From NCBI GenBank assembly GCA_951406725.2, contig OX597839.1, positions 31,062,001-31,126,000 of the forward strand: 64,000 nt of DNA, read 5' to 3'. Of this stretch, positions 38,093 to 50,200 are shown piece by piece. Both the position numbers and the translations under genes were made by a program. How positions within the stretch are numbered: the first letter of the stretch is position 1; each line of letters starts with the position of its first letter. The stretch is from Octopus vulgaris. Lineage: Eukaryota. The notes beneath the pieces were generated by a model. It was not told where the DNA came from, ran no database searches, and saw only the letters and a list, made by a program, of their open reading frames with translations.

Positions 38093-38394
38093 AATATTAT
38101 TGTCATTATTAAAACGAGCTGGTAGAATTTTTAGTCCCCAACAAAATGTTCAACTGCATTTCCACCAGCTTTGCATTTTGAGTTCAAATTCTGGTGAGGT
38201 TAACTTTGGCTTTTGTCCTTTTAGAGTTAATTGAAATAAGTATCACCTGTGTACAGGTGTTGATGTGATCGGCTTACCCATTTATCCCAAACTTGTTGGC
38301 CTTGTACTAAAATTTGAAACCATTATTATTATTATTATTATTATTCCCCTTCCCCCTCTCTCTCACTCTGTTTCTCTCTCTTTCTCTATTCCAG

Positions 38395-38557
38395 GAATGT
38401 ACGACATGCTTGGCAATGTCTGGGAGTGGACCTCCTCGTTATACTTTGACCGAGTGATTGACCGAGACACCCAGCCCCTGAGATATGTTCTAAAAGGAGG
38501 CTCCTTCATCGACACACGTGATGGCGCCTACAACTATGTTGTACGCACTGCAAACAG
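38395..38557 (+). CDS. SUMF2: SUMF2-like exon 7
   Basis: GMYDMLGNVWEWT...VLKGGSFIDTRDGAYNYVVRTAN; lacks the SUMF1 catalytic CxxxxC. Confidence 0.95.
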
Positions 38558-38789
38558 GTAACCACTGCCCAATGTTGATCTCGTCCATTGAGGTTATTTA
38601 ACCCTAGGTCAGGCCTATATAGGCAGAGTCTACACTCAACTACATCATTTTTTTTAGAAGTAGTAATGTGTGAGAAATGACAAAGAAATTGGTGCTATTT
38701 CTAGCTGTTTGAGTGACCACATATAGGTTACCTTGTTGTTGTTGTAACTGTGCTATCATTATTGGTTTAAAGTCCAGGCTAATTAAAAT

Positions 38790-40900
38790 CAAGGCACCGT
38801 TCCCTTGCGTGCACGAAGAAAATCTATGGCAGTCAAAGTGCATTTTCTGGTTTTGTTTAGCACACCCAACCCAGTTCTGCGGGATCAGTGTCACAACGGG
38901 AACGCATGGGTTGGGAGTTTGACAGGCAGAGGTGATAAGGTTGCACATGCCGGCCCTTTTGACACTGCCCCCCTGAACCTAAGTTGGGTTCGGACCACAG
39001 CTAAGCCCTACCTAATCCTAACTTAAGTCTAGCAAAAGAGGGCTTGGGAGCCTCTAGTAGGCAACAACTAATCCTGATCTAGTCCTTTCCCTCTAAGGAA
39101 CAAAGGTGCATGTGTAGGTTGCAACATCTTCTCTTCACTCCAATACTTCTGTGTATATGACGTTCCTAGCTGTCCCTTTGGGCGAAAACATGAAAACATC
39201 ATTGCGCCTCCCAACGGCGTTAGCAGCTTCGCGAGCTCTTCTCTGTTGTGGTGTTTCGGCAGATCGGGCCATGGCTGTGTTTGTGGCGTCAGCAGCTTGA
39301 CGAGTTCTCCTCTGCTGTGGGGTTTCGACAGATTGTGTCCTGTCGGTGCTAGCGGCGTTAGCCGCATTCTGAATGGCCCTTTGTTCGGGATTCTCGTGAG
39401 CTCTGAGGATGGAAGCACAGGAAGAAGCCCGCATGTTTTGGCTGGACTGTTGCTCTTTTGTCAACTTCAAGTGAAGGGAAGATCTGTACGCTGCGGCCCT
39501 TGCAAGTCAGGTAGAACAATCGCTAGTAGTTTCAGATGCCTGAGCAGCGGCAGAACAGGAAGCTTTTTGCGAGAGGCGCAAGGCGGTTTCCTCGTGGGTC
39601 TCGCGTGCCCTTCTAGCCCTAACAGCCGATGCCTTGGCCGTCCGAGGGCTGAGGAGGGTCCTTCTCTTCTTGGGTGGCATTTTGGTGGATAGCAATGTGT
39701 CTGGCAAAGGTGTAATAAAAAGGAACACGTGGGGTAAGTATCCCAAAATGTATAAAAATGTACAAAAACGGCAAAAAGCGGGCAGCAATGTGAGTGACAA
39801 CAACGAAAAAGCGAAAAGTGACCAAACTGAACAAACAAATGGAAAAGGTTTTTTGGTGCACACGACAAAAGCGGCTTATAATAAACCAAGAGTTTGCAAG
39901 TAGCGTCCGAGGACCCTTAGGGTACGTCAAAAATACAAGGTAAAACGTTTGGGGTGGTAGTTATAAAGAAAGTGTAAACAAAAAAAGTATTCAAATAACT
40001 TGCGGCTGCAGCAGCGATTAGCAGAAGTATGCCAAGGTTATGTTGTCTGGTCATGTTTTGTCTCATTGACTGCTTGGAGTGGCTGTGTTGGGGGTAAAGT
40101 CTGGGAGGTAAGTTCTTCGTGGTAGGAATTGGTTCACCAAAACTTAGGTTAGTCTGTAGGTTTCGATGTAATCTTTGGTTTGTATGTGGGATACCTTGAA
40201 GATTAAGTCTAGATTTCCTCCTGTGGGTTGAATTATCGATAGGTGTTTGATAGTTATTTGGGGGAGTAAGAGAGTTAAAGAAGGTCGAGTTGCGTCCCCT
40301 AGACCGTCTGTGGTTAGTGTTTAATACACAAATCGGTTTGCTATGTGTGCCACATATGATGTAATTAACCGATTTTTTCCAGTAATAACGAATCCTATTG
40401 GAATAAAAAGGGCCATATAGTTCCTTGGAGCAGACATGATGCTCGCTGTGAATTTTTTAAAAAATTCCTGCTAATTTGTTAAAGATATTGTCGAAAATAT
40501 GTCATCTTGAATTTGAACGCGATTTCCCAAAATGGCATGATTTTATCGATTTTTTTCTGATGGTAAGGTATTGCATGGAAAACTAACGTCAGAGTTAAGT
40601 TCCTTAGGGTAACATTAAGCTTCACCATGAGTTTGGTGAAAATCGATTGCAAGTTGCGAAAACTACAACGGAAAATGTGTTGCATATGATAAGCTTAGAT
40701 TCTCGACCCCATGTCGAATTTATCGATTATTTTCAGAACTGGGGGAACTTTTCAAAATTTTCGCTGTGTTAGTTTTGAATTATGACATTGGGCTATGTGT
40801 GTGTCAAGTTTCATCAGAATCGGTTGAAAGCCGTGGTCAGGGTGAGGGTACAACCTGACAGACACACAGACAGACAAACTGCCTTTGATAAATAGAGAGA
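38790..40900 (-). mobile_element. Internally deleted Helitron (5' end, RepHel N-terminus fused to the last codons of the helicase)
   Basis: 5' TC end nearly identical to the 18734 element; MPPKKRR...RARET and ETPQQRR repeats, then VFMFSPKGTARNVIYTEVLE*; 3' CTAG end not found. Confidence 0.8.
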
Positions 40901-41211
40901 TGTATGTATATATAAAAAAACATAATTAGAGGATAAAATTATTAAAATTAATGAATTTTATCAGTGGCCAGCATATAAAAACCTTTTTGGTAAAATCCAT
41001 TTATAGAGATATATAACTGTATAGGGTACAATTATACTTAAGGGCACAAAAGCTATTATGCCCATATGCTGACAGAATGTGCTGAATATGCCCAACCACT
41101 TCAAATATTCACTCCAAAAATAAGTATCAGCAATGTACAGGCGTTGATATGATGGACTTACCCACTTCTCCCAAACTAGTTGGCCTTGTGCTAAAAGTAG
41201 GCTGGCTAAAA

Positions 41212-41315
41212 GCATTCACCAACTTAAACAAGGAGACCGTCCTGAAGAGTTACAGGAGATTCCAAAGTCGTCTGCAGGCCATTGTTGAAGCCAATGGTAA
41301 TTTTATTGAATGGAT
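41212..41315 (+). mobile_element. Tc1-like transposase C-terminal fragment
   Basis: AFTNLNKETVLKSYRRFQSRLQAIVEANGNFIE. Confidence 0.65.
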
Positions 41316-41360
41316 TTATTCTTAAGTATTTCAAGATATTTTCGTGTAATTTTGGTAAAT

Positions 41361-41612
41361 TTGGTGCATAATTATTGCGGCTTTTTTTCAACAAATTTTA
41401 TTCAACAAAAACAATAACAATATTTAACAAAAACATCTTTAAATGACAGTCTGACCGTCTGCCAAGCAAATGGGAAGCAGTAATTGAAGTAGATGGTGAA
41501 TATGCTCCGGAACAATCATTTAAAGATGTTTTTGTTAAATATTGTTATTGTTTTTGTTGATTAAAATTAGTTGAAAAAAAAAAAGCCGCAATAATTATGC
41601 CCCAATTTAATA
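41361..41612 (+). mobile_element. Mariner-derived MITE
   Basis: ~85-bp inverted arms; internal DRLPSKWEAVIEVDGEY mariner C-terminus. Confidence 0.85.
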
Positions 41613-41709
41613 TATCTGTTAAAATGTGACGTCAGTGTTATTTTCATTTTTGCATAATTTAGATGACAGTTTATTTTCTGTACCCCATGAATATTTGTTT
41701 TTTTCTTAG

Positions 41710-41908
41710 GAAAGGAAAACGTCCGCAGTATACATCTAGCAACATTGGATTCCGTTGTGCAATGGACCTGTCTGAAGAAGAAACCTTAGCCCGTCTTCAT
41801 GCAAGCACCAAACCTCCAAGACCTGTTCGCTTTCACAAGAAATCAGATATGTATCAACATCGCAAAGAAAATGAGAAAAAGGAAGACATGGAACATTTCG
41901 AGTTATAA
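41710..41908 (+). CDS. SUMF2: SUMF2-like exon 8 (last), ending ...EDMEHFEL*
   Basis: TSSNIGFRCA motif; phase 2 acceptor cttag|; spliced CDS totals 1056 nt (351 aa plus stop). Confidence 0.93.
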
Positions 41909-41967
41909 CGACTTTGGATTTAGTTTTTTCTTGTTTTTTTCTCGTTCCTTTCATAAAATCTTTCTGT

Positions 41968-41973
41968 AATAAA
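41968..41973 (+). terminator. Candidate polyadenylation signal AATAAA for SUMF2
   Basis: ~60 nt after the stop, followed by T-rich sequence. Confidence 0.55.
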
Positions 41974-42339
41974 GTTTCAAAAACAAAAATATCTTTTCAT
42001 TTTTTTACTCTTTTACTTGTTTCAGTCAGTTGACTGCGGCCACGCTGGAGCAATTCCTTCAAGAATTTTTAGTTGAATGAATCGATTCCAGTAATTAGTT
42101 TTCTTTTAAGCCTGTTACTTATTCTATCGGTCTTTTTTTGCCAAACTACTAAGTTATGGGGATGGAAGCACACCAATTGTGGCTAAACAGCAGGACACCG
42201 TGTTCCATGAAATATGTAATGGCAAAATTAGTTTGAGCGTGGAAACGGAGAACTCCTCCATAAAGAGTGATATTGCAACAGTTGCGTGGAGCCATGACGT
42301 CAGAGCAAGATTAGGATTTTGTGAGTCTGTGCGCGCGCG

Positions 42340-42783
42340 TGTGTGAGAGAGAAAGAGAGAGAGAAATAGAGTGAGTGAAGAGGTAAGAAAAAAAGAGAGA
42401 GATAGAGATCGAGTGAGTGAAGGTGTGAGAGAGAAAGGGAAAGAGAGATCGAGTGAGTGAAGGTGTGAGAGAGAAAGAGAGAGAGAGATAGAGTGAGTGA
42501 AGATGTAAGAAAGAAAGAGACACAGAGAAAGTGAGTGAAGGTGTGAGAGAGAAAGGGAGAGAGAGATAGAGTGAGTGAAGGTGTGAGAGAGAAAAGGAGA
42601 GAGAGAGATAGAGTGAGTGAAGGTGTGAGAGAGAAAGAGAGAGAGATAGAGTAAGTGAAGATGTAAGAAAGAAAGAGACAGAGAGATAGAGTGAGTGAAG
42701 GTGTGAGAGAGAAAAGGAGAGAGAGATAGAGTGAGTGAAGGTGTGAGAGAGAAAGAGAGAGAGAGATAGAGTGAGTGAAGGTG
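42340..42783. repeat. GA-rich ~36-40-bp minisatellite (GAGATAGAGTGAGTGAAGGTGTGAGAGAGAAA)
   Basis: Direct reading. Confidence 0.85.
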
Positions 42784-44209
42784 ATGATGGATGTCTTTTG
42801 AGGCAGACACTCATATAGAAAACGTGAGGTTATCATGGTCATTGTATAAAATGTTTACGGTTGATAACTTAGGGAAAAGATTATAATTTTAAATTTTTGT
42901 AATTCAAATATGTCAATGAAAATAAAGTTTAGTTAGTAGTGGAAATAGTACTGAATCTTTTGACACCCCATACGTGAAAATCGACAACTCGGTTTTGGAA
43001 TGCATAAGGAACATATGTACCCTGATAAACTCCAAAATTGATCCACGTACCCTTTCCCTACCCAGCAATGAAGGGCGCGCGAGCGCAACAGTCTCTACAG
43101 CTCACAGAAAATGAACGGCTGAAATAGAAGTGAAACAGCATGTTATACATACCCGGGGTATACGTGGGTCTTGTGTTTTTTCGCTTTAAAGGTTAGAGAT
43201 CCTCATAGAAGCAAACACGATGTTGGATAAGTCGGGGCTTCGTCTATGTTAATCTACGTGCCCCCTTATGCGTAGATATAAATCGGGGGGGGGGGGTAAA
43301 GATCACGGATATTTTTTTTTTGTTTTATTTTTACATGAACACTATACCGACGGCGGAGATTCCGAATCTGCGAAAAAACCCTGCATTTCAAAATTAATTT
43401 TGTACAGGCGGAAAAAAAAAGTACATAAATAACAAAACACAACTTTGCTCCCTCCCCCTCCCCTTCTTATTCTCACTCTCTCGCTCAATCACTCCCTCCC
43501 CTTCGCTCACTCTCGCTCAATCTCTCCCTCCCCTTCGCTCTCTCTCGCTCAATCCCTCCCTCCCCGTCTCTCTCTCTCGCTCAATTCCTCCCTCCCCTTC
43601 TCTCTCTCGCTCAATTCCTCCCTCCCCTTCTCTCTCTCGCTCAATCCCTCCCTCCCCTTCTCTCTCTCTCGATCCCTTTCTCTATCTCTCTCTTTCACCC
43701 CTCTCTCTCCTCTCGCTCTCTTTCTCTCTCACTCCCCTTCACTCTCTCTCCTCTCGCTCTCTTTCTCTCTCACTCCCCTTCACTCTCTCTCCACACGAAA
43801 GCGAAGACTAATGTGTCGGCCGCTTAAATTTTCAGAGCGAAAAATTTCTAAAGGTAAGTGGAAACAATTGATGCCCTGGGATCAAGATATCCAGTAATTT
43901 TAACAGGTATGTAGAAGATATTATTTTAATGCGTTTAATTCTTCGGAAACGTGTATGTATGTATATATATATATGTATATGAATGTATTTCAACACAAAC
44001 CTCGAATCTGCAACATTCTATATAAATTCCCTAAAGGGAACGAACAACATTCAGAGGATCTTAAATTGCATATAAACTTTACATTGGGATGGGCTCATGT
44101 TAAACTCTGTTAGACTTTTGGATTTTACTCAAAGGATATCGGAATATTACACATATACAGCATTATGCCAATAGAACGAATTTATAAACTCAATACCCAT
44201 AGTCATTTC

Positions 44210-47200
44210 ACCACACTTTTGGAAAAGATTTGCCCCATAAATTTCTTTATAATCGTAATGTATGCCTTTTGAAGGGTATTTCCATAAAATTTCATTGAAA
44301 AATAAATCCATTTTCCTAAAATTTACGAGGGAACGGCTTGGATCTATTGAATTTTCGAAGCCCTTTCCCCACCCTTTTGGAAAAGATTTCCCTATAAATT
44401 TCTTTATAATCGTAATGTATGCCTTTTGAAGGGTATTTCCATAAAATTTCATTGAAAAATAAATCCATTTTCCTAAAATTTACGAGGGAACGGCTTGCTT
44501 GGATCTATTGAATTTTCGAAGCCCTTTCCCCACCCTTTTGGAAAAGATTTGCCCCATAAATTTCTTTATAATCGTAATGTATGCCTTTTGAAGGGTATTT
44601 CCATAAAATTTCATTGAAAAATAAATCCATTTTCCTAAAATTTACAAGGAAAACCTCGGATCTTTTGAATTTTCGAAGCCCTTTCCCCACCCTTTTGGAA
44701 AAGATTTGCCCCATAAATTTCTTTATAATCGTAATGTATGCCTTTTGAAGGGTATTTCCATACAATTTCATTGAAAAATAAATCCATTTTCCTAAAATTT
44801 ACGAGGGAACGGCTTGGATCTTTTGAATTTTCGAAGCCCTTTCCCCACCCTTTTGGAAAAGGATTTGCCCCATAAATTTCTTTATAATCGTAATGTATGC
44901 CTTTTGAAAGGTATTTCCATAAAATTTCATTGAAAAATAAATCCATTTTCCTAAAATTTACGAGGGAACGGCTTGGATCTTTTGAATTTTCGAAGCCCTT
45001 TCCCCACCCTTTTGGAAAAGATTTGCCCCATAAATTTCTTTATAATCGTAATGTATGCCTTTTGAAGGGTATTTCCATAAAATTTCATTGAAAAATAAAT
45101 CCATTTTCCTAAAATTTACAAGGGAACGGCTTGGATCTTTTGAATTTTCGAAGCCCTTTCCCCACCCATTTGGTAAAGATTTGCCCCATAAATTTCTTTA
45201 TAATCGTAATGTATGCCTTTTGAAGGGTATTTCCATACAATTTCATTGAAAAATAAATCCATTTTCCTAAAATTTACGAGGGAAAAGCTCGGATCTTTTG
45301 AATTTTCGAAGCCCTTTGCCCCACCCTTTTGGAAAAGATTTCCCCACAAATTTCTTTATAATCGTAATGTATGCCATTTGAAAGGTATTTCCATAAAATT
45401 TCATTGAAAATAAATCCATTTTCCTAAAATTTACGAGGGAAAAGGTCGGATCTTTTGAATTTTCGAAGCCCTTTCCCCCACTTTTGGAAAAGATTTTCCC
45501 CATAAATTTCTTTATAATCATAATGTATGCCATTTGAAAGGTATTTCCATAAAATTTCATTGCAAAATAAATCCATTTTCCTAAAATTGACGAGGGAAAA
45601 GGTCGGATCTATTGAATTTTCGAAGCCCTTTCCCTACACCCTTTTGGAAAAGATATCCCCCATAAATTTCTTTATAATAGTAATGTATGCCTTAGGAAGG
45701 GTATTTCCATAAAATTTCATTGAAAAATAAATCCATTTTCCTAAAATTTACGAGGGAAAACCTCGGATCTTTTGAATTTTCGAAGCCCTTTGCCCTACCC
45801 TATTGGAAAAGGTTTCCCCCATAAATTTCTTTATAATCGTAATGTATGCCATTTGAAAGGTATTTCCATAAAATTTCATTGCAAAATTAAATCCATTTTC
45901 CTAAAATTTACGAGGGAAAAGCTCGGATCTTTTGAATTTTCGAAGCCCTTTGCCCCACCCTTTTGGAAAAGATTTCCCCCATAAATTTCTTTATAATCGT
46001 AATGTATGCCATTTGAAAGGTATTTCCATAAAATTTCATTGCAAAATAAATCCATTTTCCTAAAATTTACGAGGGAAAAGGTCGGATCTTTTGAATTTTC
46101 GAAGCCCTTTGCCCTACACTTTTGGAAACAGATTTCCCCATAAATTTCTTTATAATCGTAATGTATGCCATTTGAAAGGTATTTCCATAAAATTTCATTG
46201 AAAAATAAATCCATTTTCCTAAAATTTACAAGGGAAAAGCTCGGATCTTTTGAATTTTCAAGCCCTTTGCCCTACACTTTTGGAAAAGATTTCCCCCACA
46301 AATTTCTTTATAATCATAATGTATGCCATTTGAAAGGTATTTCCATAAAATTTCATTGCAAAATAAATCCATTTTCCTAAAATTTACGAGGGAAAAGGTC
46401 GGATCTATTGAATTTTCGAAGCCCTTTGCCCTACACTTTTGGAAAAGATTTCCCCCACAAATTTCTTTATAATCGTAATGTATGCCATTTGAAAGGTATT
46501 TCCATAAAATTTCATTGAAAATTAAATCCATTTTCCTAAAATTTACGAGGGAAAAGCTCGGATCTTTTGAATTTTCGAAGCCCTTTGCCCCACCCTTTTG
46601 GAAAAGATTTCCCCCATAAATTTCTTTATAATCGTAATGTATGCCATTTGAAAGGTATTTCCATAAAATTTCATTGAAAAATAAATCCATTTTCCTAAAA
46701 TTTACAAGGGAAAACCTCGGATCTTTTGAATTTTGAAGCCCTTTCCCCCACCCTTTTGGAAAAGATTTCCCCCATAAATTTCTTTATAATCGTAATGTAT
46801 GCCATTTGAAAGGTATTTCCATAAAATTTCATTGAAAAATAAATCCATTTTCCTAAAATTTACGAGGGAAAACCTCGGATCTTTTGAATTTTCGAAGCCC
46901 TTTGCCCTACCACTTTTGGAAAAGATTTCCCCCATAAATTTCTTTATAATCGTAATGTATGCCATTTGAAAGGTATTTCCATAAAATTTCTTTGCAAAAT
47001 AAATCCATTTTCCTAAAATTGACGAGGGAAAAGGTCGGATCTATTGAATTTTCGAAGCCCTTTGCCCTACACTTTTGGAAAAGATTTCCCCCACAAATTT
47101 CTTTATAATCGTAATGTATGCCATTTGAAAGGTATTTCCATAAAATTTCATTGAAAATTAAATCCATTTTCCTAAAATTTACGAGGGAAAAGCTCGGATC

Positions 47201-50200
47201 TTTTGAATTTTCGAAGCCCTTTCCCCCACCCTTTTGGAAAAGATTTCCCCCATAAATTTCTTTATAATCGTAATGTATGCCATTTGAAAGGTATTTCCAT
47301 AAAATTTCATTGCAAAATAAATCCATTTTCCTAAAGTTTACGAGGGAAAACTCGGATCTTTTGAATTTTCGAAGCCCTTTCCCCCACCCTTTTGGAACAG
47401 ATTTCCCCCATAAATTTCTTTATAATCGTAATGTATGCCTTTTGAAGGGTATTTCCATAAAATTTCATTGAAAATTAAATCCATTTTCCTAAAATTTACA
47501 AGGGAAAACCTCGGATCTTTTGAATTTTCGAAGCCCTTTCCCCCACCCTTTTGGAAAAGATTTTCCCCATAAATTTCTTTATAATCATAATGTATGCCAT
47601 TTGAAAGGTATTTCCATAAAATTTCATTGAAAAATAAATCCATTTTCCTAAAATTTACGAGGGAACGGCTTGGATCTTTTGAATTTTCGAAGCCCTTTCC
47701 CCACCCTTTTGGAAAAGATTTCCATAAATTTCTTTATAATCGTAATGTATGCCATTTGAAAGGTATTTCCATAAAATTTTATTGCAAAATAAATCCATTT
47801 TCCTAAAATTTACGAGGGAACGGCTTGGATCTTTTGAATTTTCGAAGCCCTTTCCCCACCCTTTTGGAAAAGATTTCCCCCATAAATTTCTTTATAATCG
47901 TAATGTATGCCATTTGAAAGGTATTTCCATAAAATTTCATTGAAAATTAAATCCATTTTCCTAAAATTTACGAGGGAAAAGCTCGGATCTTTTGAATTTT
48001 CGAAGCCCTTTCCCCCACCCTTTTGGAAAAGATTTCCCCCATAAATTTCTTTATAATCGTAATGTATGCCATTTGAAAGGTATTTCCATAAAATTTCATT
48101 GCAAAATAAATCCATTTTCCTAAAATTTACGAGGGAAAACCTCGGATCTTTTGAATTTTCGAAGCCCTTTCCCCACCCTTTTGGAAAAGATTTCCCCATA
48201 AATTTCTTTATAATCATAATGTATGCCATTTCAAAGGTATTTCCATAAAATTTCATTGCAAAATAAATCCATTTTCCTAAAATTTACGAGGGAAAACGTC
48301 GGATCTATTGAATTTTCGAAGCCCTTTGCCCTACACTTTTGGAAAGATTTCCCCCATAAATTTCTTTATAATCGTAATGTATGCCATTTGAAAGGTATTT
48401 CCATAAAATTTCATTGAAAAATAAATCCATTTTCCTAAAATTTACAAGGGAAAACCTCGGATCTTTTGAATTTTCGAAGCCCTTTCCCCCACCCTTTTGG
48501 AAAAGATTTCCCCATAAATTTCTTTATAATCGTAATGTATGCCTTTTGAAGGGTATTTCCATAAAATTTCATTGAAAAATAAAACCATTTTCCTAAAATT
48601 TACGAGGGAACAGCTTGGATTTATTTATAATTTTCGAAGCCCTTTCCCCACCCTTTTGGAAAAGATTTGCCCCATAAATTTCTTTATAATCGTAATGTAT
48701 GCCTTTTGAAGGGTATTTCCATAAAATTTCATTGAAAATTAAATCCATTTTCCTAAAATTTACGAGGGAAAACCTCGGATCTTTTGAATTTTCGAAGCCC
48801 TTTCCCCACCCTTTTGGAAAAGATTTCCCCATAAATTTCTTTATAATCATAATGTATGCCATTTGAAAGGTATTTCCATAAAATTTCATTGAAAAATAAA
48901 TCCATTTTCCTAAAATTTACGAGGGAAAAGGCTCGGATCTTTTGAATTTTCGAAGCCCTTTCCCCCACCCTTTTGGAAAAGATTTCCCCCATAAATTTCT
49001 TTATAATCGTAATGTATGCCATTTGAAAGGTATTTCCATAAAATTTCATTGCAAAATAAATCCATTTTCCTAAAATTGACGAGGGAAAAGGTCGGATCTA
49101 TTGAATTTTCGAAGCCCTTTGCCCTACACTTTTGGAAAAGATTTCCCCACAAATTTCTTTATAATCGTAATGTATGCCATTTGAAAGGTATTTCCATAAA
49201 ATTTCATTGAAAATTAAATCCATTTTCCTAAAATTTACGAGGGAAAACCTCGGATCTTTTGAATTTTCGAAGCCCTTTCCCCCACCCTTTTGGAAAAGAT
49301 TTCCCCCATAAATTTCTTTATAATCGTAATGTATGCCATTTGAAAGGTATTTCCATAAAATTTCATTGAAAAATAAATCCATTTTCCTAAAATTTACGAG
49401 GGAAAACCTCGGATCTTTTGAATTTTCGAAGCCCTTTCCCCCACCCTTTTGGAAAAGATTTCCCCATAAATTTCTTTATAATCGTAATGTATGCCATTTG
49501 AAAGGTATTTCCATAAAATTTCATTGAAAAATAAATCCATTTCCTAAAATTTACGAGGGAAAACCTCGGATCTTTTGAATTTTCGAAGCCCTTACCCCCA
49601 CCCTTTTGGAAAAGATTTCCTCCATAAATTTCTTTATAATCGTAATGTATGCCATTTGAAAGGTATTTCCATAAAATTTCATTGCAAAATAAATCCATTT
49701 TCCTAAAATTTACGAGGGAAAAGCTTGGATCTTTTGAATTTTCGAAGCCCTTTGCCCCAACCTTTTGGAAAAGATTTCCCCTATAAATTTCTTTATAATC
49801 GTAATGTATGCCATTTGAAAGGTATTTCCAAAAAATTTCATTGAAAAATAAATCCATTTTCCTAAAATTTACGAGGGAACGGCTTGGATCTTTTGAATTT
49901 TCGAAGCCCTTTCCCCCAACCTTTTGGAAAAGATTTCCCCTATAAATTTCTTTATAATCGTAATGTATGCCATTTCAAAGGTATTTCCAAAAAATTTCAT
50001 TGAAAAATAAATCCATTTTCCTAAAATTTACGAGGGAAAAGCTCGGATCTTTTGAATTTTCGAAGCCCTTTCCCCACCCTTTTGGAAAAGATTTCCCCCA
50101 TAAATTTCTTTATAATCGTAATGTATGCCATTTGAAAGGTATTTCCATAAAATTTCATTGCAAAATAAATCCATTTTCCTAAAATTTACGAGGGAAAAGG

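Noticed and set aside
38395-38557. SUMF1 (active FGE) assignment
   Set aside because: Catalytic cysteine motif absent; sequence fits SUMF2.
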